Below, one piece after another: positions 48,899 through 58,432 of a stretch of DNA of 64,000 nucleotides. The position numbers and the translations under genes are program-made. Where the stretch lies: NCBI GenBank assembly GCA_963805625.1, contig CAWDVE010000010.1, positions 1,312,001 to 1,376,000 on the forward strand. The letters are read 5' to 3'. This DNA is from an uncultured Candidatus Rokubacteria bacterium. GTDB lineage: Bacteria; Methylomirabilota; Methylomirabilia; Rokubacteriales; DASRDR01. The notes below the pieces were generated by a model. The model was not told the DNA's origin. It saw only the letters and a list, made by a program, of their open reading frames with translations, and did no database searches. Every line of letters starts with the position of its first letter. Positions within the stretch are counted from its first letter, which is position 1.

Positions 48899-48971
48899 CG
48901 GCTACTCGCGGACCACGGAACGCCAGACCACTTGGCCCAGCGTCACGACCGAAGCCTCCGGGAGCCTCACA

Positions 48972-50099
48972 TCAGCGCTGGCCGAGAGGGACGTAGGTCG
49001 CCTGGCGCGAACCTTGGTACTCGGCACGCGGACGGATGAGGCGGTTGTGGGCCTGCTGCTCCAGGATGTGGGCCGTCCATCCCGAGACCCGGGAGACCAC
49101 GAAGATCGGCGTGTACAGGTCCGGGTCGATGCCCATCGAGTAGTAGGTCGACGCGGAGTAGAAGTCGACGTTGGCGTGCAGGCCCTTCTCGGCGTTCACC
49201 ACCCGCTCGATGATGCGCGACATCTCGAACCACTTGAGCTCACCCGCCTCCCGCCCCAGCTGCTCGGACAGACGCCGGAGGTGGGTCGCCCGCGGGTCCT
49301 CGGTGTGGTAGACGCGATGCCCGAACCCCATGATCCGCTTCTTCTGGGCGAGCGCGTTCTTGATCCACGTCTCCGCCCGGTCCACGTCGCCGATCTCGAG
49401 GAGCATCCGCATGACGGCAACGTTCGCCCCCCCGTGGAGCGGACCCTTGAGGGTGCCGATCCCCGACACCACGCCCGAGTACATATCGGACAGGGTCGCC
49501 ACGGTGACGCGCGACGCGAACGTCGAGGCGTTCAGCTCGTGATCCGCGTGGAGGATGAGCGCGGTGTCCATCGCCTTCTCGGCGAGGGCGCTCGGCTTCC
49601 GGCCGGAGAGCATGTAGAGAAGGTTCCCGGCGAGCGACAGACGCGGGCTCGGAGGGATCGGCGCCTTGCCCTTCCGGATCCGGCTCCACGCCGCGACCAG
49701 CGTGGGCACCTGGGCCTGGATGCGCACGGCCTTCCGCAGGTTTGCCTCCCGGGAGTTGTCGCCCGCGTCCGGATCGTACACTCCGAGCGCCGAGACAGCC
49801 GTCCGGAGGACGTCCATCGAGTCGGACTTCCGCGGGAGGCTCCGGACCAGCGTCAGGACCTTGGCGGGCAGCCGCCGCTGGGTCGCCAGGGCCTTCCGGA
49901 GGCTCTCGAGCTCCGCACGCTTGGGCAGCGCGCCGTTCCAGAGCAGGGCGACCGTCTCCTCGAACGAGGAATGCGCCACGAGGTCGTGGATGTCGTAGCC
50001 GCGATAGAGAAGCCGCCCCCGATCACCGTCGATGAAGCAGATCTCGGAGGTCGACACGACCACGTCCTGGAGTCCGGTATCGGTCGTCTGAGTCGTCAT
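48972..50099 (-). CDS. Citrate synthase (or 2-methylcitrate synthase)
   Basis: GL..VV, LYRGY, HADHELNAST, GPLHGGAN, GFGHRVY..DPR, NVDFYS. Confidence 0.95.
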   Translation of the reverse strand: MTTQTTDTGLQDVVVSTSEICFIDGDRGRLLYRGYDIHDLVAHSSFEETVALLWNGALPKRAELESLRKALATQRRLPAKVLTLVRSLPRKSDSMDVLRTAVSALGVYDPDAGDNSREANLRKAVRIQAQVPTLVAAWSRIRKGKAPIPPSPRLSLAGNLLYMLSGRKPSALAEKAMDTALILHADHELNASTFASRVTVATLSDMYSGVVSGIGTLKGPLHGGANVAVMRMLLEIGDVDRAETWIKNALAQKKRIMGFGHRVYHTEDPRATHLRRLSEQLGREAGELKWFEMSRIIERVVNAEKGLHANVDFYSASTYYSMGIDPDLYTPIFVVSRVSGWTAHILEQQAHNRLIRPRAEYQGSRQATYVPLGQR

Positions 50100-50190
50100 G
50101 AACCGCCCCCGTTGGCGCGCGCGGAATTGGCCGAAACACGCGCGGCCCCGCATCGGGGGCCGCTTCGTACGGGAGTTATTGTGGCACACG

Positions 50191-50256
50191 GTCCCGGGAC
50201 GCCGCAACCGGACCGCCGTGCGACGGATCAGGCAGGAGATCGTCCCGGGACACCGC
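50191..50256. promoter_or_regulatory. Two GTCCCGGGAC palindromes upstream of citrate synthase
   Basis: Copies at 50191-50200 and 50242-50251, each followed by RCCGC. Confidence 0.45.
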
Positions 50257-50276
50257 CGGGACCGAGGGTCATCCGG

Positions 50277-50849
50277 TCAGTGCGGCCGTGCCTGAGGGAC
50301 GCCGTGCTTCCGCATCTTGGCGTAGAGCGTCGGTCGGTGGAGACCCAGGAGCCGCGCCGCGGCCTGCTTGTTCCAGCGCGTCGCCTCCAGCGCGGCAAGG
50401 ATCGCCTGCCGCTCGCGCGCTTCGAGATTCAGGGTCTCGGGCGCCGCCGCCTGTGCCGTCCGCAGCTCGCGCCGGAGGCGGCGGCGATCGAGCGCGTTGG
50501 CGAGCACGGTGACGAGCCGCTCGGGAGCGAGATCGCCGGGCGCTTCGAGGTAGTCCCACGCGCCCGCGGCGCGGGCCTGGAAGCCCTGGGTCCGCCCCCC
50601 GGGCTCGGTCACGGCCACGACGGGGAGGTCCGGCCACCGACCGGAGATGTCCGCGATGAGAGCGCCGGCTCCCTCGCCCCAGCCGAGGCTCACCAGCACG
50701 GCCTCGACGTCACCCGCGCCGATGGTCTCCAAGGCGTGAGCAGGCGAGCCGGCAAGCCTGAGCTCGTAGGGGTGTCCCTCGAGGGCCTGGCGGATACCCC
50801 CCACCAGGGTCTGATCCGGGTCCACGAGCAGGACGCCCACCTGCGCCAT
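50277..50849 (-). CDS. Pseudo-receiver + Fis-type HTH regulator (no AAA+ domain)
   Basis: REC-like fold (VLLVD..AGAWDYL), then LNLE..ERQAI..AL...WNK..AARLLGLHRPTLY.K. Confidence 0.85.
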   Translation of the reverse strand: MAQVGVLLVDPDQTLVGGIRQALEGHPYELRLAGSPAHALETIGAGDVEAVLVSLGWGEGAGALIADISGRWPDLPVVAVTEPGGRTQGFQARAAGAWDYLEAPGDLAPERLVTVLANALDRRRLRRELRTAQAAAPETLNLEARERQAILAALEATRWNKQAAARLLGLHRPTLYAKMRKHGVPQARPH

Positions 50850-50918
50850 GGCCTGTCTGGAAGCCTAACATGGCCGCGGCCTCCAAGGGAGGCGTCCCGA
50901 ACGGAACCACCCTGGCCG

Positions 50919-51893
50919 TCAGGCCGAGGGTTGTTGGATCGCTCCGAGCCTCCAGGGATTCGCGCCTACCGGGCGGACGAAGGTCCAGTACTCCACGAAC
51001 CGTGTCGGCTTCGTGGCGCTCCCCTCGACCACCTGGCCGGTGGCCTCGTCGACGACGTAGTCCACGGCGCCAGCCTGGATCTCCGCCGTGACGAGATCCC
51101 GGCCGTGCTCCTGCCACACCTCCGTGAGGGCGACTGAGTCGACGGTCACCTGGTCGACGCGGTTCCGCCGGCCTCTCTCACGGAGACGCGCCATGTCCCC
51201 TTCGAGCGCGACGACCATCTCGTCAGTGAGATGCGCGCGCACGGCGGCGAGGTCGCCACCGGACCAGCCGATCTGCAGGCGCACGAAGAGGTCCTTCGCG
51301 ATCGCGAGGAAGCGCGCGGGGTCGAAGTCCGGGTCCATCACGCGGATGTGGTCCACGCCGCGCGCGAGATCCTCGTCCAGCGCGGCGGCACCACCTTGCG
51401 CGACGGCTCCGGTGGGCGAGGGAGCCGAGGCGGGCTGGGGCGCCGCGGGAGTCCATTCCGCCCGCCCGTACGCCGACGCCGGCGCCGGCTCGGGCGTCCG
51501 ACGACGCAGGAACGAGATCACGAGCGCGGCGAGCCCGGCCATCACCAGGAGGTCCATGAATCCAATACCTCCCGACATACCGCCCAGCCCCCCGAACAGG
51601 AGCGAGCCCAGAAGCCCACCCAGGAGAAAGCCGCCCACCATGCCGCCGAGCCCTCCGAACAGACCGGGTCGCGGCGTTTGCGCGAAAGAGCCGGGGCTTG
51701 GCGCCACCGGTCGGGGGGATGCCGGCGTCGACGGGATGACCGGTGACGAGGGAACGCGCGGTGCCGAGTAGGAGCGCGAGCCCCGACTCCCGCTCGAGCC
51801 GCCCCCGCCAACGCGCGCTTCGCTGAAGGTCGTCAGCGCCACCCCGCCCGCCAGAATCCCGATCAGGCCCACCGCCACGATCGACCGCCGCAT
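50919..51893 (-). CDS. Tim44-domain protein
   Basis: ARVGGGGSSGSRG, G..LGGLLG, DP.FD...F, EYWTF.R...W.L.AIQQ. Confidence 0.9.
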   Translation of the reverse strand: MRRSIVAVGLIGILAGGVALTTFSEARVGGGGSSGSRGSRSYSAPRVPSSPVIPSTPASPRPVAPSPGSFAQTPRPGLFGGLGGMVGGFLLGGLLGSLLFGGLGGMSGGIGFMDLLVMAGLAALVISFLRRRTPEPAPASAYGRAEWTPAAPQPASAPSPTGAVAQGGAAALDEDLARGVDHIRVMDPDFDPARFLAIAKDLFVRLQIGWSGGDLAAVRAHLTDEMVVALEGDMARLRERGRRNRVDQVTVDSVALTEVWQEHGRDLVTAEIQAGAVDYVVDEATGQVVEGSATKPTRFVEYWTFVRPVGANPWRLGAIQQPSA

Positions 51894-51994
51894 CGTTCCC
51901 TCCCCGGGCCGTCCACGAGCACCCATCCCAGATATCATACTCGAGATCGCATACTTGGGGCGGGACGCCGGCGGAGGAACCCCGCCAGGCGGCG

Positions 51995-53470
51995 TCACCG
52001 CAGATTCTTCTTCAGGATCTTGCCCGTCGGGCTCTTGGGCAGCGCGGACAGGAACTCCACGGCGACCGGGACCTTGTAGGGCGCCACGCGTCCCCGACAC
52101 CGCTCGATGAGCTCCTCCGCCGTCGTCGACTGGCCGGATCGGAGCACCACGCATGCGCGGACGACCTCGCCCTTGACGGGATCCGGCCGTCCCAGCACCG
52201 CGGCCTCGGCGACGGCCGGATGCTCGAAGAGGACCTCCTCGACCTCGCGCGGGTAGACCTTGAACCCCGCGACGTTGATCATGTCCTTCACGCGATCCAC
52301 GACGTGGAAGTACCCGTCACCGTCACGGTGGCCGATGTCCCCCGAGTGAAGCCAGCCTCCGCGGAGCGCAACGGCCGTGTCCTCGGGCTTCCCCAGGTAC
52401 CCCCGCATCACGTTCGGTCCCCGGATCACGATCTCGCCGAGCGTGCCGTCGGGCACCTCCCGGTCGTGCTCGTCGACGACTCGCACCTCCACGTTCTCGA
52501 TCGGCGTCCCGACCGAGCCGGGCCGGTGGGCGTGCTCGTGGTTGTAGGTCGCGAACGGGGAGGACTCGGTGAGTCCGTAGCCTTGGGAGATCGGGAGCCC
52601 GGTGGCCGCTGTCCAACGTTGCTCGACGTCGCCGGGCAGCATGGCCGCGGCGGAGAAGGCGAGCCGGAGCGACGAGAGGTCGTGGGCGGCCAGACCGGCG
52701 GTCAGAAGGACGATGTACATCGTCGGCACGGCGTACAGGAGGGTGACGCGGTGCTGGCCGGCCGCGGCCAGGAAGTCGGCCGGCACGAACCGCTCCTGCA
52801 AGACCAGCGTCCCTCCGGCGGCCACGAGGGCGTTCATGATGAAGTTCTGGCCGAAGCAGTGGAACAGCGGTAGCGCGCACAGCCCGCGGTCCTCCGCGCT
52901 CATGCGGAGGTGGTGCACCGTCGCATAGGTGTTCGACACGACGTTGGCCTGCGTAAGCATGACGCCTTTGGGCCGGCCGGTCGTGGCCGAGGTGTAGAGA
53001 ACGGCGGCGACGTCCTCCCGGTCGCCGTCGACCGCGCGAAGGGGCGGATCGGTCGGGAGCGCTTCGAAGGTCACCGCCCCGGGCTCGCCGGTGCCCACGT
53101 GCACCCGAACGGACGGAGTCTCCCCGGGACGCGGGAGCTGGGCGGCAAATGGCGGGCCGCTCAGGATCGCTGCCGCCTCACTGTCACGGACGATGTACGC
53201 TAGCTCGTCACGCACGTAGGTGACGTTGAGCGCGACCGCCGTCACGCCGAGCTTCTGGCAGCCGTAATAGGCGACGACGAACTCCGGCCGGTTCGCGAGA
53301 TGGAGGCACACGCGCTCGCCGGGCCGGATCCCGAGCCGCGCGAGGCCCGCCGCCACCCGCCCGGCCTCGCGGTCGAGCTCCGCGTACGTGAAACGTCGGT
53401 CCCCGTAGACGAGGGCCGTCCGCCCGGGCTCGCGGCGGGCGCTCGCCTCGAGAAAGTGCGCGACGTTCAT
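51995..53470 (-). CDS. Long-chain acyl-CoA ligase (AMP-binding)
   Basis: YTSATTGRPKG, GYGLTE, GWLHSGD, DRVKDMI, PKSPTGKI. Confidence 0.95.
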   Translation of the reverse strand: MNVAHFLEASARREPGRTALVYGDRRFTYAELDREAGRVAAGLARLGIRPGERVCLHLANRPEFVVAYYGCQKLGVTAVALNVTYVRDELAYIVRDSEAAAILSGPPFAAQLPRPGETPSVRVHVGTGEPGAVTFEALPTDPPLRAVDGDREDVAAVLYTSATTGRPKGVMLTQANVVSNTYATVHHLRMSAEDRGLCALPLFHCFGQNFIMNALVAAGGTLVLQERFVPADFLAAAGQHRVTLLYAVPTMYIVLLTAGLAAHDLSSLRLAFSAAAMLPGDVEQRWTAATGLPISQGYGLTESSPFATYNHEHAHRPGSVGTPIENVEVRVVDEHDREVPDGTLGEIVIRGPNVMRGYLGKPEDTAVALRGGWLHSGDIGHRDGDGYFHVVDRVKDMINVAGFKVYPREVEEVLFEHPAVAEAAVLGRPDPVKGEVVRACVVLRSGQSTTAEELIERCRGRVAPYKVPVAVEFLSALPKSPTGKILKKNLR

Positions 53471-53967
53471 CCGAGAAGCGCGCGGATCTCCTCGGCCGCC
53501 GACCGCCGCCACTCGTCCCCGTGCTGGGCGCGGAGCTGGCGGCGCAGCTCGAGCTGCTTCTGGTCCATGTACTCCGTGATCTTGAGCGGCCGTTCGACGA
53601 AACGGGCGACCTCCTTCATGTCCGCGTCGAAGAACACGAAGACCGGGATCGACCGGAAGAGTCCGCGGTTGAGGTACTGATCCATGAGGTCCGGGTTCTG
53701 ATCGCGGAGGAAGACCCGCATCTCGACGTTCGGGGCCCCCTCGACCATGCGCGCGAGCACCGGGAAGTTGGTCAGCGCGTCCCCGCACCAGTCCTCGGTA
53801 AGGACGAGGACGTTGAGCTTCTCGCCACGATCCGCGAAGACCGCCCGGTCCTGAGACGTGACGTGGGTCGCCGCCATCGTCTCCAGGAATTTGTCCTTGT
53901 TGCTGGTCATCTGGTCGAGATACTGCTGGAAGGTCATGCCCTGCGCGAAGCGCTGCTTGGTGACCAT
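53467..53967 (-). CDS. Thioredoxin-like protein (Thioredoxin_9 type)
   Basis: EDWCGDA, RD.N.DLMD.YL, RSIP. Confidence 0.85.
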   Translation of the reverse strand: MVTKQRFAQGMTFQQYLDQMTSNKDKFLETMAATHVTSQDRAVFADRGEKLNVLVLTEDWCGDALTNFPVLARMVEGAPNVEMRVFLRDQNPDLMDQYLNRGLFRSIPVFVFFDADMKEVARFVERPLKITEYMDQKQLELRRQLRAQHGDEWRRSAAEEIRALLG

Positions 53968-54011
53968 CAGGACCGGTCTCCTTCGTCGAGAGGTGTTCGC
54001 GAACGGTGGTG

Positions 54012-54632
54012 TCAGCGGAACTTGCCGAAGTCGAGCCTAGCCCGCAGGACCTCCTTCTGCTCCGGAGGCGCTCCCTTCACCACCAGCGTCACGACGCCGT
54101 TCCTCGGAAGCCCCTCGAGCGGGAACACGTACACGTTGCGCGCGGCGAGGCGGCCATCTTCCTGCACTAATGGCGTGCGCTCGTTCTGGACGAAGCTCGC
54201 CTTGACCTCGCGGCCGTTCACCATGAGGACCGGCTGGTAGAAGCGGGCGAAGCTCCGGGAAGGTCCTCCGTGCATCGTGACCAGGAGCTGGATCCGTCCC
54301 TTGCCCCTGTCGATCTGCTCCTTCTGCTGCTTCTCCGTCAGCGACTCGCCCTTCATCGCGGCCTGGCGGGCGGCGAGCGCGAGCCGGGAGAAGGGGGTGC
54401 TGACGACGACGTCCTCACCGCCGGGCAGCCGAAGCTGCCACTCCTCGGCGAAGTCGTCCTGCGTGATCGAGGCGATGCCTGCGTCGGTCGCCTCGCGAAT
54501 CTCGGCCGCCGTCAGATCCCCGACCAGCGCCGGGGCGGGCCGGGGAAAGCCCCAGAGGAGGATCTCGGCGAGGGCAAGTGCCGCACCGACCCGAACCCTG
54601 GTCTGCCGCGGCCGAGCCCGCGCGCCGCTCAC
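54012..54632 (-). CDS. Hypothetical exported protein
   Basis: GTG overlapping the upstream TGA, signal-like N-terminus, TPFSRLA, YVFP. Confidence 0.7.
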   Translation of the reverse strand: MSGARARPRQTRVRVGAALALAEILLWGFPRPAPALVGDLTAAEIREATDAGIASITQDDFAEEWQLRLPGGEDVVVSTPFSRLALAARQAAMKGESLTEKQQKEQIDRGKGRIQLLVTMHGGPSRSFARFYQPVLMVNGREVKASFVQNERTPLVQEDGRLAARNVYVFPLEGLPRNGVVTLVVKGAPPEQKEVLRARLDFGKFR

Positions 54633-54920
54633 AGCCAGTCGTGACTCTTGAGGAACATGAACGCGGTTGCCGAGAGCCCGAACATGAGGACGGTCGCCGC
54701 TGGGATCCCCCACGGCTGCTTGAGCCCAAGCATCACCTCGAAGTTCAGTGAATGGAAGCCGAACAGCCCCTCGAGCGCGTGGAGCTCCTCCGGGGGCCGC
54801 CGGCTCCAGATCCAGCCAGCCGACCGTTCCCTGCTGGCCGAGCGCCTGGGCGACCTGCTCGGCTTCGAGCCCTTCCTCGAGGACGCCGGACGGACGGCGG
54901 ACCAGGCCGAAGTGCCCCAT
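54629..54920 (-). pseudogene. corA: CorA Mg/Co transporter remnant (frameshift plus large internal deletion)
   Basis: N-terminal WLDL..EEL..L...FGFH.L joined directly to C-terminal NF..M..L..PWG....LM....FLK..DWL; about 97 codons in total. Confidence 0.8.
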
Positions 54921-54921
54921 G

Positions 54922-56295
54922 TCAGGGACTTCCGATCCCGGCCTCGCGGAGGTTGCCCACCAGCGCGAGACTCATGCCGTCCGGGTCCCAATGGGCCCGC
55001 ACCGCCCGGAGCACGTCGTCGGCGGTGACGGCCGAGACGGCCTGGCGGAAGCGCGCGGGGTAGTCGAGGCCGAGGTCGAACCGCTCGATCGCGACGAGAA
55101 GGTCCGACACGTCCGCCGCCGTGTCCATCCGCAGGGGGAAGCTCCCGACCAGGTACGAGCGAGCGCGCGCCAACTCCTCCCCCGACACGCGCTCGCGGCG
55201 GAGGCGGATCAGCTCCTCCCGCACCACCGCCAGAGCCTCGCGGACCCGCGCGTTCTCGCTCTGCAGCTCGACCAGGAACAGGCCCGCCAGGCGGGCCGGC
55301 GCGTACTGCGCGTACACGTTGTAGGCCAGCCCGCGCTCCTCGCGGATGCGAGTGTACAGGCGCGAGGACGAGCCACCGCCGAGGATCTGGCTCGCCACCA
55401 GCAGCGGGTAGAAGTCCGGATGCCTTCTGGTCACGGTCGCCTGGCCCAGGAGGATCGTGGCCTGAGTCAGGCTCCGCTGCACCGACTCGGTGCGCGAGGG
55501 CAACCCGAGAGGCACCGGCCCCGGCGGCGCAGGGGCCGGGGTCGTCACGGACCAGACGCCCAGGCGCGTCTCGAGCTCAGCCCGGACCGCCGCGGTCGTG
55601 ACGTCGCCCGCCACCGCGACGATTGTGCGCTCGGGCCGGTAGGCCGCCCGGTGGAAGGCTGCCACGTCGTCCCGGGTGATGGCGGGGAGCGACGCCTCAG
55701 TCCCGGTCACGGGACGGCCGTAGGGGTGCTCGGGAAAAGCCAGCCGCCTCAGCAGGCGAGCCGCGACCGTTCCGGGATCCTCCTCCGAGCGCCGCACCGA
55801 CGCCAGCATCTCGTCGCGCGTCCGTTCGAACTCGGTGTCCGGGAAGGCGGGCCGCAGAAGCGCCTCGGTCAGGAGATCGAGGCCGAGCCCGAGGTCCTTC
55901 CGGAGCACGGAGAGCACGACCTCGCTCGAATCCCGGCCCCCCTCGCCCTCGAGGCTCCCGCCGACGAACTCGATGGCACGGTCGACCTCAAGGGCAGACC
56001 GGGTCGCGCTCCCGCGGGTGAGGAGCATCGCGGTCAGGTTGGCGACGCCGCCCTTGTCCGGGGGGTCGAGGGCCGCTCCCGCCTCCACCGACGCGCGAGC
56101 GATGACGATCGGGATGCCGGGGCGCTCGGCGACGAGGATGACGATCCCGTTCGGCAGCGTGAGCCGCGTCCAGCCCGAAGCTATCGCGGGTGCCGGCGCC
56201 ACCACGGACGGTGGCAAGGTCTGGGAACCCGCCGGCGTCGCGAGCGCCGCGACAGCTGCGGTCAGGACGACGCCCCTCACGGCAACCAGACGCAT
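54922..56295 (-). CDS. M16 peptidase, non-catalytic subunit
   Basis: LPNG, G.ANLT..LL.RG (no HxxEH), HPYG, SRLY..IREERGLAY. Confidence 0.92.
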   Translation of the reverse strand: MRLVAVRGVVLTAAVAALATPAGSQTLPPSVVAPAPAIASGWTRLTLPNGIVILVAERPGIPIVIARASVEAGAALDPPDKGGVANLTAMLLTRGSATRSALEVDRAIEFVGGSLEGEGGRDSSEVVLSVLRKDLGLGLDLLTEALLRPAFPDTEFERTRDEMLASVRRSEEDPGTVAARLLRRLAFPEHPYGRPVTGTEASLPAITRDDVAAFHRAAYRPERTIVAVAGDVTTAAVRAELETRLGVWSVTTPAPAPPGPVPLGLPSRTESVQRSLTQATILLGQATVTRRHPDFYPLLVASQILGGGSSSRLYTRIREERGLAYNVYAQYAPARLAGLFLVELQSENARVREALAVVREELIRLRRERVSGEELARARSYLVGSFPLRMDTAADVSDLLVAIERFDLGLDYPARFRQAVSAVTADDVLRAVRAHWDPDGMSLALVGNLREAGIGSP

Positions 56296-56346
56296 GGCGG
56301 CATTATACCGGCTCTGCCATTAGCTAACCGGCCCGGCGCGGGGCGC

Positions 56347-57288
56347 CTACCTGTCCAGGAGCGCGAGGACGGGCGCAAAGGCCTCGAGGCTCTCCAGTGT
56401 GTTCGGCTCGAGCCAGAGCTGCACGTGACTGATGCCCTCGCGCGCATAGTCCCGCAGCTCCTCCGCCAGGCGCTCGGGCGGTCCGGTGAGGGGCTCGAAG
56501 GTCCAGTGCGCCGGAAGCGGTGGGGACGCGCTCTTTCCTGGTGCCATGTCGACGAACACGGCGACCGTGCGGCCGACCGTTACCGGATCGCGCCCAGCTT
56601 TACGGCAGGCCGCGTCGACCCGGTCCCGGAGCGGTGCGACACCCGCGGGACGGTTCTTCGTGGGGGTGAAGTACGCATTCCACACATCCCCGTACTGGGC
56701 CAGCAGCGCCAGCATGCGCTCCCCGCTCGACCCGATCAGGATCGGGGGGCCGCCGGGCCGGGGACCCCGTGGCAGGAGCACGCAATCCCGCGCCTCGTGA
56801 AAACGGCCGACGAAGTCGACGTGCCCCTGACGGAGCAGCCCGTGGACGATGCGGAGCCCCTCCTCGAAGCGGCTCACCCGGTGGTCGAAGGGATAGCCGA
56901 ACGCCCGGTACTCCGCCTCGTGCCAGCCGGCGCCGACGCCGAGGATCAGCCGGCCTCCCGAGATCTCCTCGATGGTGTCGGCCAGCTTCGCGAGATGCGC
57001 GGGATTGCGGAACGACATGCACGAGACGAGGGGGCCGATCTCGACGCGCGAGGTCACCGCGGCGATGGCGGCGATGATCGCCCACCCTTCCCACACGCCT
57101 TGCGAGGCCCGGCCCTCCTGGCGGAACAGGAGGTGGTCCTCGATCCACACGGAGTCGAATCCGATCTCCTCGGCATGGCGCGCCATCTGGCTGATGTCGC
57201 CCCAGCGCGGTGTGCCGTGGCGTCCCTTGTCCACGGCGATCGGCAGCTCCACGCCGACTTTCAGCGGCCGTCGTCTCTCTCGGGTCAC
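56347..57288 (-). CDS. LLM-class flavin/F420-dependent oxidoreductase
   Basis: AE.IGFDSVW..DH, RNPA.LAK...I..ISGGRL.LGVGAGW...E. Confidence 0.92.
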   Translation of the reverse strand: MTRERRRPLKVGVELPIAVDKGRHGTPRWGDISQMARHAEEIGFDSVWIEDHLLFRQEGRASQGVWEGWAIIAAIAAVTSRVEIGPLVSCMSFRNPAHLAKLADTIEEISGGRLILGVGAGWHEAEYRAFGYPFDHRVSRFEEGLRIVHGLLRQGHVDFVGRFHEARDCVLLPRGPRPGGPPILIGSSGERMLALLAQYGDVWNAYFTPTKNRPAGVAPLRDRVDAACRKAGRDPVTVGRTVAVFVDMAPGKSASPPLPAHWTFEPLTGPPERLAEELRDYAREGISHVQLWLEPNTLESLEAFAPVLALLDR

Positions 57289-57319
57289 GGATGGTCCTCC
57301 ATCGGCGGCCCCGCCGCGC

Positions 57320-58426
57320 TCAGTCGAGGGACTTGCGGAAGCGCAGCACCGCCAGGGTAAAGATCACGGCGCCGAACGCGACCAGGGGCCAGACGTCAGG
57401 CCAGAGGTCGGCCAGGCCGATGCCCTTCAGCACGATCCCGCGGATGATCCGCAGGAAGTACGTGATGGGCAGGATCCGCGCGACGTACTGCGCCGGCTCC
57501 GGCATCCCTTCCAGGGGAAACAGGAGCCCGGACAGGTAGATGGACGGCAGGATGGTGAGGAAACCAAGTTGCATCGCCTGGGGTACGGTGCGGGACATCG
57601 TCGACACGTAGATGCCGATCCCGAGAGTGCCCAGCATGAAGACCGCCGAGACCGCGTAGAGCAGCGCCACGCTCCCCCGGATGGGCACCGCGAACACGTA
57701 GTGCGCCACCACCAGGGCCAGCGTCATCTGGCCGTACGCGACGAGTAGGTTCGGCAGGATCTTCCCGAGCATGATCTCCCACCGCTTGAGCGGGCTCACG
57801 ATCAGGGCCTCGAGGGTCCCCCGCTCGCGCTCCCGGACCACGGCCACGGCCATGATCGTGATGGTCGTCTGCATCAGGAGGGCGCCGATGAGCCCGGGCA
57901 CGATGAACAGCGCCGACTCCTGGTCGGGGTTGTACCAGGCGCGGATGCGGACGTCGAGGCCGGCCTCCGTGTCGATGCCGCCCCGGCGCAGGAGCTCGAT
58001 CGAGCGATCGAGGCCCAGCGCGGTCGCCGCGTTGATGGCGGAGACGGCCACCTGAGGGTCGGAAGCGTCGACGATCACCTGGATCGCCGCGGCCCGGCGG
58101 CTGCGCAGGCGCTCGGAGAAATCGGGCGGGATCACGATTCCCACCTTGGCGTCGCCCCGGTCGATGAGCCGGGCGACCTCGTCGAGCGATCGCGCCTGGA
58201 ATCGGACCGCGAAGTACCGCGTGTTCTGGAACGCCTCGAGCAGCTTCTGCGCCTCGACGTCGCGCGCCTCGTCGAGCACGACGGTCGGCAAGTTCCTCAC
58301 GTCCGTGTTGATGGCGTAGCCGAAGATGAACAGGAGGGCGACCGGGATGATCAAAGCGAGCGTCAGCGACATGGGATCGCGCCGGAGCTGCACCAGCTCC
58401 TTCCACATCATCCCGAGGAGTCGCAT
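57320..58426 (-). CDS. ABC-2 exporter permease (YbhR/S-like)
   Basis: KE..QL.RD, FGYAI, WYNP, VPGL, RERERGTLE.L..SP, GK..P. Confidence 0.95.
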   Translation of the reverse strand: MRLLGMMWKELVQLRRDPMSLTLALIIPVALLFIFGYAINTDVRNLPTVVLDEARDVEAQKLLEAFQNTRYFAVRFQARSLDEVARLIDRGDAKVGIVIPPDFSERLRSRRAAAIQVIVDASDPQVAVSAINAATALGLDRSIELLRRGGIDTEAGLDVRIRAWYNPDQESALFIVPGLIGALLMQTTITIMAVAVVRERERGTLEALIVSPLKRWEIMLGKILPNLLVAYGQMTLALVVAHYVFAVPIRGSVALLYAVSAVFMLGTLGIGIYVSTMSRTVPQAMQLGFLTILPSIYLSGLLFPLEGMPEPAQYVARILPITYFLRIIRGIVLKGIGLADLWPDVWPLVAFGAVIFTLAVLRFRKSLD

Positions 58427-58432
58427 GCGCGA

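Noticed and set aside
54633-54920. N-terminal 96 aa of track ORF 54012-54920
   Set aside because: This belongs to the frameshifted corA remnant; the downstream gene starts at the GTG at 54632.
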